From an uncultured Gammaproteobacteria bacterium (lineage in GTDB: Bacteria > Pseudomonadota > Gammaproteobacteria > Legionellales > Legionellaceae), in contig CAWAUF010000015.1 in NCBI GenBank assembly GCA_963785145.1, forward strand, positions 14,120-78,119: a stretch of 64,000 nucleotides of DNA, read 5' to 3'. The notes beneath the pieces are model-generated. The model had not been told where the DNA came from. It was given only the letters and a program-made list of their open reading frames with translations, and searched no databases. The translations under genes were made by a program, and so were the position numbers. Of this stretch, positions 10,021 to 20,482 are shown in pieces. Every line of letters starts with the position of its first letter. The first letter of the stretch is position 1.

Positions 10021-10479
10021 TTAAGGCAGCCGTTGGCTAAACTGCTCTGCTGTAATTTTCAACAAAGATTTGGCTGCTAAAAAAAATCCTATGGTGCCAT
10101 TTAGCCGATACTGACCTGCACCGTATTCGCCGATGATACCAATTCTCCAAGAATCGGTGATGGCTTTTAAAAATTGTCCACTAATAAATGTGCCTGTTAA
10201 ATCACTACAGTTTAGGGCTCCGGAAATAGGGCCTGCAAGGCCAAATTGCTCAGTAGTCAAAGTGAGGGTTTCTGGTATGGGGACAGCATCCGTATTAAAC
10301 GGAGCAAGTTTTTTTTGTGAGGTATAGGGCGACAGAATTTGATTATTATTCTGATTGACCTGCAAAGGCAGGAAGCCCGCAGTTGCCATCTGCGAAAAAT
10401 TACAAAATATCAATAGAGATGCAATGAATCTTTTAATACCACTTCCTTGTAATTTACAAAAAAATAATCCTACCAACAT
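10021..10479 (-). CDS. Hypothetical secreted or membrane protein
   Basis: ORF with a hydrophobic N-terminus. Confidence 0.3.
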   Translation of the reverse strand: MLVGLFFCKLQGSGIKRFIASLLIFCNFSQMATAGFLPLQVNQNNNQILSPYTSQKKLAPFNTDAVPIPETLTLTTEQFGLAGPISGALNCSDLTGTFISGQFLKAITDSWRIGIIGEYGAGQYRLNGTIGFFLAAKSLLKITAEQFSQRLP

Positions 10480-10677
10480 TTTCTTAAAAAATAAATGACT
10501 CCCGAAATTTCCAAGAAGTCATAAAAACGATTCATCAATGAACTTGCGGACATCGGTGCATGACTCAAGTCCAGTGTGGGGGCTAGCCCTTCACTGAGCG
10601 GAAATTTCATCCGCAAACTAACTCGCCGGTTTATCCCGGCGCACGAGGAGAACCACAAAGGACTAACTAGAAAAAAA

Positions 10678-12177
10678 TTAAACCGGCTGAGGCAATAAAA
10701 GTTGACTTAACCTATCCATTTTTTCAGCATTGGATTTATGGATTAAGCATTTTTCAGGTCTAAACAGCCTATGGGAAAACTCGATTGGGATTTTTTTAGC
10801 CTCTCGAGTGGTGTATGGAGTGCAATGATTCAGAGTGCTTTTAAGGGTGTCACACAATTGACTTACGGAAGCTGTGATTTCACTTTGAGCTGTCTTGAGC
10901 TCTGATTCCAATTGTTTGGTCTCTTTTAACGTGGTTTTTGCAAGTTGAGCCAATACAATTTCTGGAACTTTATCAATGGCCATTTTACTGGAATGGATAT
11001 CATACCATTCTAAACACAGGGTATCCCTTCTTTGGCTATTGTTTTTTCTAAGCATTTGCTCATTGGAAGTAAGCCAGTTTTCGTTTTGTTGATACTTCTG
11101 TTCCAATGCTTCGCATTGATTCAATTCATTGATGTAAAATTCTCTTACTTGCGCCGCTGCAAGACGCGTTTTAAAAGTCAAGATCATGCGTTTATTGATT
11201 TGAAATTCGGGAATTTCGTAGTGACCCCCATAAAAGAACTCACGAACCGAATTGTAAATGTTGTTTTTTAGCCATATGTATTGAGAAGCCAGCGCGACGC
11301 CCAAAAGAAATGCGGGAACAAAGGCTGCGGCAAAAGCAAGCTCTGGCAAGGTGAATGGATTGAGTAAGATTGCAGTCATGATGATGGTGGCGACGATAAT
11401 CACCAGGGGCATTAAGACTCGAAACAATTTTTTTAGGCCATTGGTCTCGTAAAAGGCGATGTCTTTGTACTCAAAATAAATCGTATGAAAGGGTTTGAAT
11501 AGGCTGTATACAATCGATTTGATTTCAGAAATTTGCTTGTAACTGCGCTTATAATTGTAAATATCCAAGACTGCTAAAATGGAATTTTCATATTGAGGGG
11601 ATGAGTTGGTTGCTTGAATGAAGGCATGAGCATCGGCTATTTTGGACATCAACTCACTGGCCTGGGTCAGCGCCCGATTGTTCCATAAAAAAGACAAGGA
11701 GTCCATTTTTTCAGAATAAGTCTCTTTATAGGTCCAGTGTTGACCGTTGATGAGCGGCAATTGCTCCATGATGTGAAGCCTAAGGTTGTCTTCATACTCA
11801 TCAAACCAGGAATCCAGGTCCTGATCACTATCTGCTTGATGAGCATTCAAAATATGCTTAGCCAAATTTTCAGCAAAAACCCGGTTCACTGCATCCAGGT
11901 TCAGGTAACGAAGTCCCTTGCGAGTATGTTGTCGCAAGCAATCCAATATTAACTCATTTAAAACGCGCTCATCCACCTCATCGACCGTAGCATCATCATC
12001 TACTAGATAATGCTCCTTTAATTGATCAATTGCCTTGTGGTTGAAATGTCGCTTTCTGTAATAAAGCAAGGGGAAAAAGGCCGCCAATTCATCGGCGTGA
12101 CGGTTTAATTGCTCTGGAGACAGGGATTCAGACCAAAACAAGTTGGAGATGGCTTGGGGTAATATAAAACTAGGCAT
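10678..12177 (-). CDS. Hypothetical coiled-coil protein with a central transmembrane hairpin (LegC-like effector architecture)
   Basis: 499 aa with two adjacent hydrophobic helices in the middle and a C-terminal coiled coil. Confidence 0.4.
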   Translation of the reverse strand: MPSFILPQAISNLFWSESLSPEQLNRHADELAAFFPLLYYRKRHFNHKAIDQLKEHYLVDDDATVDEVDERVLNELILDCLRQHTRKGLRYLNLDAVNRVFAENLAKHILNAHQADSDQDLDSWFDEYEDNLRLHIMEQLPLINGQHWTYKETYSEKMDSLSFLWNNRALTQASELMSKIADAHAFIQATNSSPQYENSILAVLDIYNYKRSYKQISEIKSIVYSLFKPFHTIYFEYKDIAFYETNGLKKLFRVLMPLVIIVATIIMTAILLNPFTLPELAFAAAFVPAFLLGVALASQYIWLKNNIYNSVREFFYGGHYEIPEFQINKRMILTFKTRLAAAQVREFYINELNQCEALEQKYQQNENWLTSNEQMLRKNNSQRRDTLCLEWYDIHSSKMAIDKVPEIVLAQLAKTTLKETKQLESELKTAQSEITASVSQLCDTLKSTLNHCTPYTTREAKKIPIEFSHRLFRPEKCLIHKSNAEKMDRLSQLLLPQPV

Positions 12178-12363
12178 TTCGTTTTACCACTTAATGCAAA
12201 TTTTTTGGTCATTATATATAAATATTTCATAAATGATAAGAGGGGCTTGCACTTATTTTAAAAAAAAGTCGAGAAATCCAGAAACCTCTACTATAGTTCT
12301 ATTAATCAATAAGATCTAGAAATATTCAATTAATATATTATTTAATCAAATCAAGGAGACATC

Positions 12364-13224
12364 ATGTTAGCACGTTGCTTGGGTTTAGCTTTGTTGTTCT
12401 GCATTGTTCATACTCCATGCTTTGCAGTTGAACATCAAATTGCAATCACCATTGATGACTTGCCTTTCGTGGCTTCATCCACAGACACACCAGCCAGGCT
12501 GAAACGAACTCAAGAACGATTCATGGCTATTGTCAACACTTTGGTGGCCAACCAGATCCCAGCGACAGGCTTTGCTATCGGAGGCGCTGTGGCAAAAAAC
12601 GAATGGGATCTCCTGGAAGCCTTTCGAAAACAGGGGTTTAATTTGGGAAATCACACCTACACTCATTTTAGTTTAAACTCGACTAGCGCTGAAAAATACA
12701 TAGCGGATATTGATAAGGCGGATAAAATTCTACATCACGTCATGACCGAGCCTAAATATTTTCGTTTTCCTTATTTGGCAGAAGGCTCGGGTGCAAAAAA
12801 ACAAAAAGTGAGAGAATACCTGGATTCACATCACTACATCATCGCTCCAGTAACCATTGATACCAAAGACTATGAATTCAATGCACGATTTTACAGAATC
12901 GCTTACAGGAATCGATTAAACAGCATTAATCAATTCAAAAAGGGCTATTTGGCCTTCATTTGGAGACAAACCTTAAAAGCTGAAAAAACTGCAGCAAGGG
13001 TAGCGGATGGTCGGCCCGTGAAACACATTTTATTGATTCATGCCAATTTATTGAACAGTTTGGTATTGGGAGACATCATTCAGTTGTACAAAAAAAATGG
13101 CTATAAATTCATAAGTTTAGCCGATGCAATGAATGGAAATACTGCACCGGTGATCAACAACACTCAGATTCCCAATCCATCCAGCATACCTGCTATTCCC
13201 AGTGAGGGACAGCTGAAACAGTAA
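12364..13224 (+). CDS. Polysaccharide deacetylase (NodB-homology) family protein, secreted
   Basis: Signal peptide and the IAITIDDLPF motif. Confidence 0.7.
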   Translation: MLARCLGLALLFCIVHTPCFAVEHQIAITIDDLPFVASSTDTPARLKRTQERFMAIVNTLVANQIPATGFAIGGAVAKNEWDLLEAFRKQGFNLGNHTYTHFSLNSTSAEKYIADIDKADKILHHVMTEPKYFRFPYLAEGSGAKKQKVREYLDSHHYIIAPVTIDTKDYEFNARFYRIAYRNRLNSINQFKKGYLAFIWRQTLKAEKTAARVADGRPVKHILLIHANLLNSLVLGDIIQLYKKNGYKFISLADAMNGNTAPVINNTQIPNPSSIPAIPSEGQLKQ

Positions 13225-13302
13225 ATGAAATTTACTGCCTTGTGACTTTGCAGATGACATAATCCGGAGAGTACAGCGATCCCCGGATTTGATCAAAAGA
13301 CT

Positions 13303-14511
13303 CTAATGCACTAAATATTTTTCCAAACGGGGCAAAACTTGGTTGGGAATCAACAGCCAATAATGGCCTTTATTTTTCATGTGACTTGCGATATGCGTGG
13401 CTTCATCTCCCTCTCCCCAAAAGACATCTCCTCTGACTTTGCCACGTATCGCCCCGCCTACGTCTTGGGCTATCATCAAACGATTCATGGGGATGGAATG
13501 ATTCAGATTGATGTGATCCGGTTGCACAGTACTCAACCACAAAGGCATTCCCATTGGGATCCATTTCCTATCAACAGCCAAGGTAAAGCCCGGGGTTAAG
13601 GGAACATTTTGCGAGCCATAGGCTGCATTGTTGGGTAATTTTTGGAAAAATACAAAGGATTTGTTCTGATTGAGCACCTCAACCATTTGTTGAGGATGGG
13701 CTTCCAGGTATTTTTTTATGTTGTGCATGGATGCATTGTCTTTGGTCAAAATTCGTTTTTTTATAAGCACTGAGGCTATGGAGGTATAGGTTAAACCAGT
13801 TTGCCCATCGTAGCCTATGTACATTTTTTTACCGTCATTAAACTCGATGACGCCGGACCCTTGGATCTCCAAAATCACTCGATCCACAGGACTATGAATC
13901 CAGGCCAATACCTCAGCGGTGTCTTTGATAGCACCCTTATTGATTTCTTCACGCGTATAAAAAGGCATGACTCTGGCTTTATCGACTCTACCTACCAATT
14001 TGGTATTCTTGTATTGAGGTAAGAAGTGCCCTAAATGAACGGTCACCAAATTGGAAGGCATTTGATAAATGGGTATATTGAATTCAGGTGTTTCAGTGTG
14101 GCTGCCCTTTAATACGGGCATGTAATAGCCAGTAAACATTCCTTGAACGGGTTGATTGTTGACGTTAAATTCTACAGGAACAAACCACTTTTCAAAAAAC
14201 GATTTGGCTTCCAAATCGGTGGCTGGGTTGATTTTCAATGCCTGATGGCAAGCGGGCAGCCAATCTTTTATCTGCAAGTCGATTTTTTTTGTACCTGCCT
14301 TGTGTTCTGGATTTTGTTTAGTAAAAATACGACAAGAAATTTGAAAAGTTTGAAAGGATTTTTTAAAATCACCGGTTTGCCACCCAGGCAATTGTTCAAA
14401 AGTGACTTCTTTAAAAATTGGCTTAGGAAAAATAAGGCGCCAAAGAAAAAAGCTCAAAGCGATGATGACTATGGCCAATACCAAATAACTCAGTGTCTTT
14501 TTTATTCTCAT
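13303..14511 (-). CDS. mltA: Membrane-bound lytic murein transglycosylase A
   Basis: MltA-like with a C-terminal 3D domain (PLTPGFTLAVDRKWIPMGMPLWL). Confidence 0.55.
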   Translation of the reverse strand: MRIKKTLSYLVLAIVIIALSFFLWRLIFPKPIFKEVTFEQLPGWQTGDFKKSFQTFQISCRIFTKQNPEHKAGTKKIDLQIKDWLPACHQALKINPATDLEAKSFFEKWFVPVEFNVNNQPVQGMFTGYYMPVLKGSHTETPEFNIPIYQMPSNLVTVHLGHFLPQYKNTKLVGRVDKARVMPFYTREEINKGAIKDTAEVLAWIHSPVDRVILEIQGSGVIEFNDGKKMYIGYDGQTGLTYTSIASVLIKKRILTKDNASMHNIKKYLEAHPQQMVEVLNQNKSFVFFQKLPNNAAYGSQNVPLTPGFTLAVDRKWIPMGMPLWLSTVQPDHINLNHSIPMNRLMIAQDVGGAIRGKVRGDVFWGEGDEATHIASHMKNKGHYWLLIPNQVLPRLEKYLVH

Positions 14512-14518
14512 AATGGGT

Positions 14519-15256
14519 CTACTTTTTTTGATTTGAAAAGTGGGAATTTGAAATTAAGTGCAACACCTCATGCATGAATTTTAAACCTGGGTCTTTTTTT
14601 TCTGTACGATAATTTGAATTTTTTTCGAGCCATAGTGGGGTTCTTTTGTACTGTAAATAATCCATGTGACCAATCACTTTATCAATTGCCGGATATTTTT
14701 TCTTCAGGTAGCATATCAAAAATGCATTCGCTTTTGCTTGCTCATGGGTCAGGTCTTGTTTATCATTTACCCCGCCCACGTTTTCAATGCCGATTGCGAA
14801 ATGATTGAGCCCTATCACATGCCTTGCCATCCAATTCTCCGGCATCAGTTGATAAATGGTGCCATCTCGGTCTACTAAAAAATGACTGGAAACGTTTAAA
14901 TTACCAGGTAATTCAGGTCGTTTAAACGTACTTTCTGAAAAAGTGGGTGGATAAAGCGCCTTGTAAGTGGTCTTGAAGGTGGGGATGGACGTATAATGCA
15001 GCACGATCATTTTGGGTTCAATTTCAATGGATTTTGAAGCGATGCCGTAATGATCCAATTGATATTCACGGGTTAACTTAATCCTGTGCTCATCAAATTG
15101 TATGGGTTTTTGAATGATCGGTTGTGGATCATAACAAGAAAAAGCCAGGAGAGAAGTACTTAGAAAGCACAAAGCTGCTGTCATGATTTTCATAAGTAAA
15201 AAACTCCCTAGGCCGAGATGCGTCATACACGACTGTGACATTACACTATAACCCAC
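14519..15256 (-). CDS. N-acetylmuramoyl-L-alanine amidase (amidase_2 / AmpD-PGRP-like)
   Basis: VLHYTS...HFLVDRDGTIYQ...ARHV.GLNHFAIGIE motifs. The true start is probably the internal Met near 15193. Confidence 0.6.
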   Translation of the reverse strand: MGYSVMSQSCMTHLGLGSFLLMKIMTAALCFLSTSLLAFSCYDPQPIIQKPIQFDEHRIKLTREYQLDHYGIASKSIEIEPKMIVLHYTSIPTFKTTYKALYPPTFSESTFKRPELPGNLNVSSHFLVDRDGTIYQLMPENWMARHVIGLNHFAIGIENVGGVNDKQDLTHEQAKANAFLICYLKKKYPAIDKVIGHMDYLQYKRTPLWLEKNSNYRTEKKDPGLKFMHEVLHLISNSHFSNQKK

Positions 15257-15279
15257 TTGACCTGGATAGGGGAACCCTT

Positions 15280-15825
15280 TTATTTTGACCCATTTTCTCC
15301 TTCATCCAGGCTGGACAAATAACGCCAACTGCTGATTCCTAGGGCCACCTCTTTTTGTTCTGCCACACAAGTTTGTAAAGGAATGGCTGTGATCTCCCTT
15401 AGTTGCAATAAGGAATTAGGCTGGCCATCCGAAACCAACAGGATGGAAAGTCTGCGATGATGCGTAGAGAAAGTGTGTTTTTGGGTTTTTACTATCAAAC
15501 AGGCAAAATCCCCCAATTCCTCCAGAAGGTATTGAAACTGAAAAGCGCCATTGTCTACAGAGCACCCCTTATTATGCTCTAATTGAAGCACCGTTTGATT
15601 GGCATCATCTCCTGTTTTTACACACAAGTTGTCCTGAATTTTAACCTGCAGCAAATGCCTTGCAATTGATTCCAGGTGATAAAATCGATTGTGCTGCACT
15701 TCCATTGCCCCAATTGATTTTAAATACAATAAGTTCTGTTGCATGGCCGTGAATACCAATAAGCTGATGACAGCAACCATCAGCAAAGTCATGATGAAGA
15801 CAAAACCCTCCTCTATTGTCCTCAT
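15280..15825 (-). CDS. pilX: Type IV pilus assembly protein PilX-like
   Basis: PilX_N-like hydrophobic N-terminus (EEGFVFIMTLLMVAVISLLVFTAMQQ). Lies downstream of pilW. Confidence 0.45.
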   Translation of the reverse strand: MRTIEEGFVFIMTLLMVAVISLLVFTAMQQNLLYLKSIGAMEVQHNRFYHLESIARHLLQVKIQDNLCVKTGDDANQTVLQLEHNKGCSVDNGAFQFQYLLEELGDFACLIVKTQKHTFSTHHRRLSILLVSDGQPNSLLQLREITAIPLQTCVAEQKEVALGISSWRYLSSLDEGENGSK

Positions 15826-16574
15826 GAGCCACGCACTGCCACGATCAATGCATGGGTTTTATCTTCATCCAACCCCAAACGCACTTCAAGCAACCGCTTC
15901 CCATTGACGTAGCCTTGCTTAATGTCCAAAGAATGGATTAAGGGACTGAGTTCTTCAGTTTGTTCCAATTGATAATACAAAGCCTTCACCCCATCCGGAT
16001 TGGGTTTGATAAACCATGTTTCTTCCAACCATTCACCGACATATGTGATGTCAGGGTAGGAAAAGTGCAAGGGTTTGGTCAAAGTGACTAGATAACCAGA
16101 CTTTAAGCGAAGAATTGAAGTCAGCGTGTGAACTTCTGCATGATGACAATCGGCAATCAGCATCGGGCGTTTATCATTAGGCCGATGCGACAGTATGATT
16201 TTATTTGGACTTATGATGCCCAAAACAGAAGCAAAATTCTCGCTCATGCGATTGATTTGTAGAAATGGATGCGAGCTGCTCCCTATGCTAAGACTTGCAA
16301 TAGACCCTTTCCCCAGGCGTCTATCCACGGTTTTTAGAGCATCAAGACCTAAGCAAGGTGTAAACCCAGCACGCCGGATGCTGTCTGCAAGTAAATCATT
16401 GACCCAGAGCAAGTCAAAGCGGCTGTCCAAGAGCTTTCTCATGTTCATGTATTGGTGTTTATCATTCAAATACAATTTGGTGAGCGTCGTAAGGATCAGA
16501 CTGGCTAAAAAAAGACTGATTAAAAGTTCTGTTAAACTAAAACCCAATTGATCCTTCATGTGGATTCTCCTCAA
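15822..16574 (-). CDS. pilW: Type IV pilus minor pilin PilW
   Basis: Prepilin N-methylation motif GFSLTELLISL. 4-bp overlap with pilX. Confidence 0.6.
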   Translation of the reverse strand: MRRIHMKDQLGFSLTELLISLFLASLILTTLTKLYLNDKHQYMNMRKLLDSRFDLLWVNDLLADSIRRAGFTPCLGLDALKTVDRRLGKGSIASLSIGSSSHPFLQINRMSENFASVLGIISPNKIILSHRPNDKRPMLIADCHHAEVHTLTSILRLKSGYLVTLTKPLHFSYPDITYVGEWLEETWFIKPNPDGVKALYYQLEQTEELSPLIHSLDIKQGYVNGKRLLEVRLGLDEDKTHALIVAVRGS

Positions 16575-16879
16575 CTAATCCGCATGAACAATCGTCTAAT
16601 AGGATCTTTGGTTTGAAAGTAATTCAATTCTAAAATCAAACTTGAAGGGCTTTGCTTCACATTGAATTGATACGGTGGTGGTGGTTTGGGAAAGGCATCT
16701 CGTTTCAGCACTAAATTCTCTTCAACTTCATCTAAAAACTGAGATGCTCCAGCTTGCAGAATAAGCTGTTGCAATAATTGTCTATTTTGCTGCTGGCTGG
16801 TTAATAAGCCAAAGGCAACAGTGGCTACTAAAATCAAAGAAAACAAAACTTCCATCAAAGAAAATCCCTTTTGATTCAT
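16571..16879 (-). CDS. pilV: Type IV pilus modification protein PilV
   Basis: KGFSLMEVL prepilin motif. 4-bp overlap with pilW. Confidence 0.6.
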   Translation of the reverse strand: MNQKGFSLMEVLFSLILVATVAFGLLTSQQQNRQLLQQLILQAGASQFLDEVEENLVLKRDAFPKPPPPYQFNVKQSPSSLILELNYFQTKDPIRRLFMRIS

Positions 16880-17024
16880 CTACTTTCCTAGGTTGGACCA
16901 AGGCTTAGGCTAATGGAAAACGAGAGTTGGCGCAAGTTTTTTTATCAAATTATAAGGGTTGCAACCCATTCCAAATTCATTGACACTAGGCCTGTAGACA
17001 ATTGAAATCAAAAGGATTTACATC

Positions 17025-17792
17025 ATGTTATGGATAAACGCACTCCACCTATGGGTTGCTTTTGCAGCCACCTTATTTTTGATGGCTTTTCATTTTTTAA
17101 GCCATTGGTTTTCACAACAATTTCCTGACAATGGAAAGGCCTTTTCTTCTTTTTCAGGCGGGGTTGCGGTGTCTTATGTTTTTTTACACATGTTGCCCAA
17201 TTTAGTGGAATCCAATAAGCCCATGGGTGAATTTTTATCCGAACATCAATGGCTCACTCCCTTTACTGAATTGTTCATCTACATCATCGCCTTGGGGGGT
17301 TTTATCATTTACTATGGATTTGATCTGCTGGCAGAACGCCAAGGCACCTATAAACACAACGATCAATTGGTGTATGCTTTGCATTTAGCCATGTTTTGCC
17401 TTTATAATTTTCTAATCACCTACACCATGTCGGTGCGCGCCTATTCCAGTGCCACAGCCACGGTCTTATTTACTACAGCCATGGCCTTGCATTTCGTATT
17501 AACCGATCGTAAATTTTCACGTAGTTATAAAAAACGCTTCGATCAGGTTGGACGTTATTTGCTGATTCTTGCCTTATTCATTGGCTGGTTGTGTTCGGTG
17601 ATTTTTGATCCAGTCAATGTCCTAGTGTCCGCATTTATGGTAGCCTTTTTGTCTGGATCCGTCTTACTGAATGTGTTTCGAGAAGAGTTGCCCGCCACTC
17701 AAATCATCCATTACCTGTGGTTTACCTTTGGAGCAAGTCTGATTTCTTTGATTTTATTGTTGCAGACCTGGATAGTGGTTAAAATAAAATAA
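17025..17792 (+). CDS. Polytopic membrane protein, unknown function
   Basis: 255 aa with about 7 hydrophobic segments. Confidence 0.4.
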   Translation: MLWINALHLWVAFAATLFLMAFHFLSHWFSQQFPDNGKAFSSFSGGVAVSYVFLHMLPNLVESNKPMGEFLSEHQWLTPFTELFIYIIALGGFIIYYGFDLLAERQGTYKHNDQLVYALHLAMFCLYNFLITYTMSVRAYSSATATVLFTTAMALHFVLTDRKFSRSYKKRFDQVGRYLLILALFIGWLCSVIFDPVNVLVSAFMVAFLSGSVLLNVFREELPATQIIHYLWFTFGASLISLILLLQTWIVVKIK

Positions 17793-17859
17793 TATGTTTG
17801 GGTATGCTACACTTTTATTAAGTCCTAAACCTCGTCGTATAAACTAAAGGATTAGCGAT

Positions 17860-18987
17860 ATGCCCACCGATTTTCTAAACAGACCACATCCAGGGATACG
17901 CTCCTTAATCCCGTATAAACCTGGGAAATCCATAGACGAGCTGGCCAAAGAAAAAGGCTTAAAAGACATCATTAAATTGGCCAGTAATGAAAATCCCTTG
18001 GGCTGTAGTCCATTGGCTTTGAAGGCTTTAAAAGCCATGTCATCCCATTTAATTGCCACCTATCCCTCACCCATCAATCATTCTTTGATGCCCAAATTGG
18101 CAAGGAAACTCAAGATCGCTGAGGAACAGCTCTTTTTAAGCAATGGTTCAGACTTCATTTGCTCGCTCTTGTTGAATTGCTTTGCCCTTCACAGCAACAA
18201 ACACATCCTCACGCACGATTATGCTTTCAGCACCTATGCCATTCAAGCCAAGTCTTTTAATATTCCAGTGGTCTCGGTTGCCGTGGATTCCAATTGGGAA
18301 GTTCAGGTGGATAAATTGATTTCAACCTGTACAAATGACACGGCCTTGATTTTTTTAGCCAACCCCAATAACCCAACCGGCTTATTGATCAGTCAGGATA
18401 AGATAAAACACCTATTGGAAAACATACCTCAAACCACCCTATTAGTCCTGGATGAAGCCTATTATGAATACGTCTCCACTGTATTGAGCTGCAACAGCAT
18501 CCTCTGGTTAGCCAAACACCACAATTTAATCATCACCCGAACCTTCTCAAAAATTTATGGTTTGGCTGGTTTGAGATTGGGTTATGCCATTGCCCATCCT
18601 GACATCATTACCCTGTTAAACCGTCTGCAATTACCCTTCACGGTGAATCAAGCAGCACTTGTTGCTGCCGAAGCGGCAATAGAAGACGAGGGCTTCATTC
18701 AAAAAACTCTAAAAAACAATGAATTAGGCAAAAAACAATTGTGCACGGGTTTGGATAAGCTGCAATTGAACTATTTGCCAATCTTTTGCAATTTCATCAC
18801 CTTTAATTGCCAAGAGGACAGCATTGGTTTATATCAATTTCTTTTAAATGAAGGCATCATCCTAAGGCCCCTCCACCCTTATCAAATGAATGATTACATG
18901 CGAATGACCATAGGCACCCAGAGGCAAAATTCAAGACTGCTTCAGGCCATGAGTCAATATTATATCAAAGTAAAATTTGAGGCATGA
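17860..18987 (+). CDS. hisC: Histidinol-phosphate aminotransferase (class I/II aminotransferase)
   Basis: LASNENPLG motif, a PLP-lysine region (TFSKIYGLAGLRLGY) and a length of 375 aa. Confidence 0.6.
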   Translation: MPTDFLNRPHPGIRSLIPYKPGKSIDELAKEKGLKDIIKLASNENPLGCSPLALKALKAMSSHLIATYPSPINHSLMPKLARKLKIAEEQLFLSNGSDFICSLLLNCFALHSNKHILTHDYAFSTYAIQAKSFNIPVVSVAVDSNWEVQVDKLISTCTNDTALIFLANPNNPTGLLISQDKIKHLLENIPQTTLLVLDEAYYEYVSTVLSCNSILWLAKHHNLIITRTFSKIYGLAGLRLGYAIAHPDIITLLNRLQLPFTVNQAALVAAEAAIEDEGFIQKTLKNNELGKKQLCTGLDKLQLNYLPIFCNFITFNCQEDSIGLYQFLLNEGIILRPLHPYQMNDYMRMTIGTQRQNSRLLQAMSQYYIKVKFEA

Positions 18988-18994
18988 GGTGGTT

Positions 18995-19987
18995 TCACTC
19001 CATCTGGAGATTTGAAAATTTCAAAGTAAGCGGCGGAATGTCATCCTTCAAACGATTCTTTAATTGTTCCAAGGTGGGTCTCTTTTTAGGATCCTTTGCT
19101 AAGCAGTCCTCGATTAAGGCACTTAAATTTTCATCGGTTTCATCAAACACATCATTCATGAGTACCCCAAGAGAGTATACGTCCATTTCTCGAGTAGCCA
19201 TTACGGGAATGGGCCTCACTGACCAGCATTCCGGGGGAATGTGCTCGTAATCTATTTTATACTGTTCTACTGTGGCCTTGTTGACTTTCTGAAAGGCAAG
19301 GGGATCAATAGGCGTGTTTGCTGGGGCAGAAAGGCCTCCATCAATCAAATAGCTTTTTTTGGTAGCGGCATCAAAATAAATGTTATCCGCTTTCAATCAA
19401 ATCATGATCATCCCTTTTTGATGACACTCATGTAATGCATCTATTGCCGAGGAAAAAAGAACTCTTTGAAATTCTGGATTGTCCATTTCAAGTTTTTCAT
19501 AGGGAACATAGGGTACATAGGGTACAACCAGCCTGTAGCCGGGCTTGGTATTGAATAAGTGAGTTTGCTTGTCTGTATAGACGGTCTTAAAAAATCTTTG
19601 TTTAATAGAAGCTTCGCCTTTATCTTCAGGCAGCTTGACTGAAGATAAAACGACTACGGCTTTGCTAAAGCCAAAGCTAGAGCTTGGCCTTCTTCTTAAT
19701 CTTCTTGGGGTTGAGTGTAGGCTTGGGCTTGGGCTTGGGCTTGGGCTTGAGACTGAATTCGGTTTAGATACTGGGTTTAAGCCCAGGGCTGGGCTTGAAT
19801 CCAAGCTGGTACTTGAATTTGGGTTTTTGGTCAAGCTAGGCTTCAACTGAGGCCCAGATTGAAACAGTCTGGCACGCGCGTAGTCACCACTCCCAAGAAC
19901 CGTTACAGGATGATAGGTTGTTCCTCCATCGCTTTCATATTCTGAATCATCTAATGCTTCATTCGCTTTATTTTTATAACGTCCCAT
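18995..19987 (-). pseudogene. Atypical eukaryotic-like protein-kinase paralog, interrupted by an in-frame TGA near 19397-19399
   Basis: Split across ORFs 19397-20062 and 18995-19396, which together align with the intact paralog at 27139-28071. The break is HQKGMIMI*LKADNIYF here versus HQKGMIVVDLKADNIYY there. Also carries an (SP)n linker encoded by a (GGCTTG)5 repeat. Confidence 0.55.
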
Positions 19988-20482
19988 AACAACAACCTTA
20001 AAATAAATTGTCCATTTTTTTCTGAACAAGAATGATTTAAAAACTCCTCTATTCACATACAATAGACATCATTCTTTCTCATTAAAACAAAGTGCTCATT
20101 TAATTACTGTTAAATGGGACTATGATGTTATTTTATTGCATCAAAGTCAATTCTATTTTCACAATTAGCTTCCAAAAGAGCTCGTCTTTTAGACCCGAAC
20201 TGACAGCGTCCACATCTTGATCGCGCTTCAAAACATGTTGTGACGATTGTTTAAAATTCTGTAATTTTAAAATGTGCACCTGGGTTTAGGTGCATTATAA
20301 ACGGTTTGTCCATGGCGTATGATGGTGATTTTCGCTTTGATGTTTTTAAGTGGACCGACTTTTTCCGAGGCATGCATATGATCTAAAAGTACATTCAAAC
20401 GTTTGGTCGTAAACATTGTTTCTCCTAATCCCAAACGATGGGGGGATTATTCACTGTTTAAGCAGGTTATGCAATGGAAAAT

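Noticed and set aside
19397-19399. TGA in the kinase gene as programmed readthrough or selenocysteine
   Set aside because: There is no SECIS-like context. Two compensating T-run indels 5 bp apart would restore MIDLKAD. Sequencing error or a simple pseudogene is far more likely.
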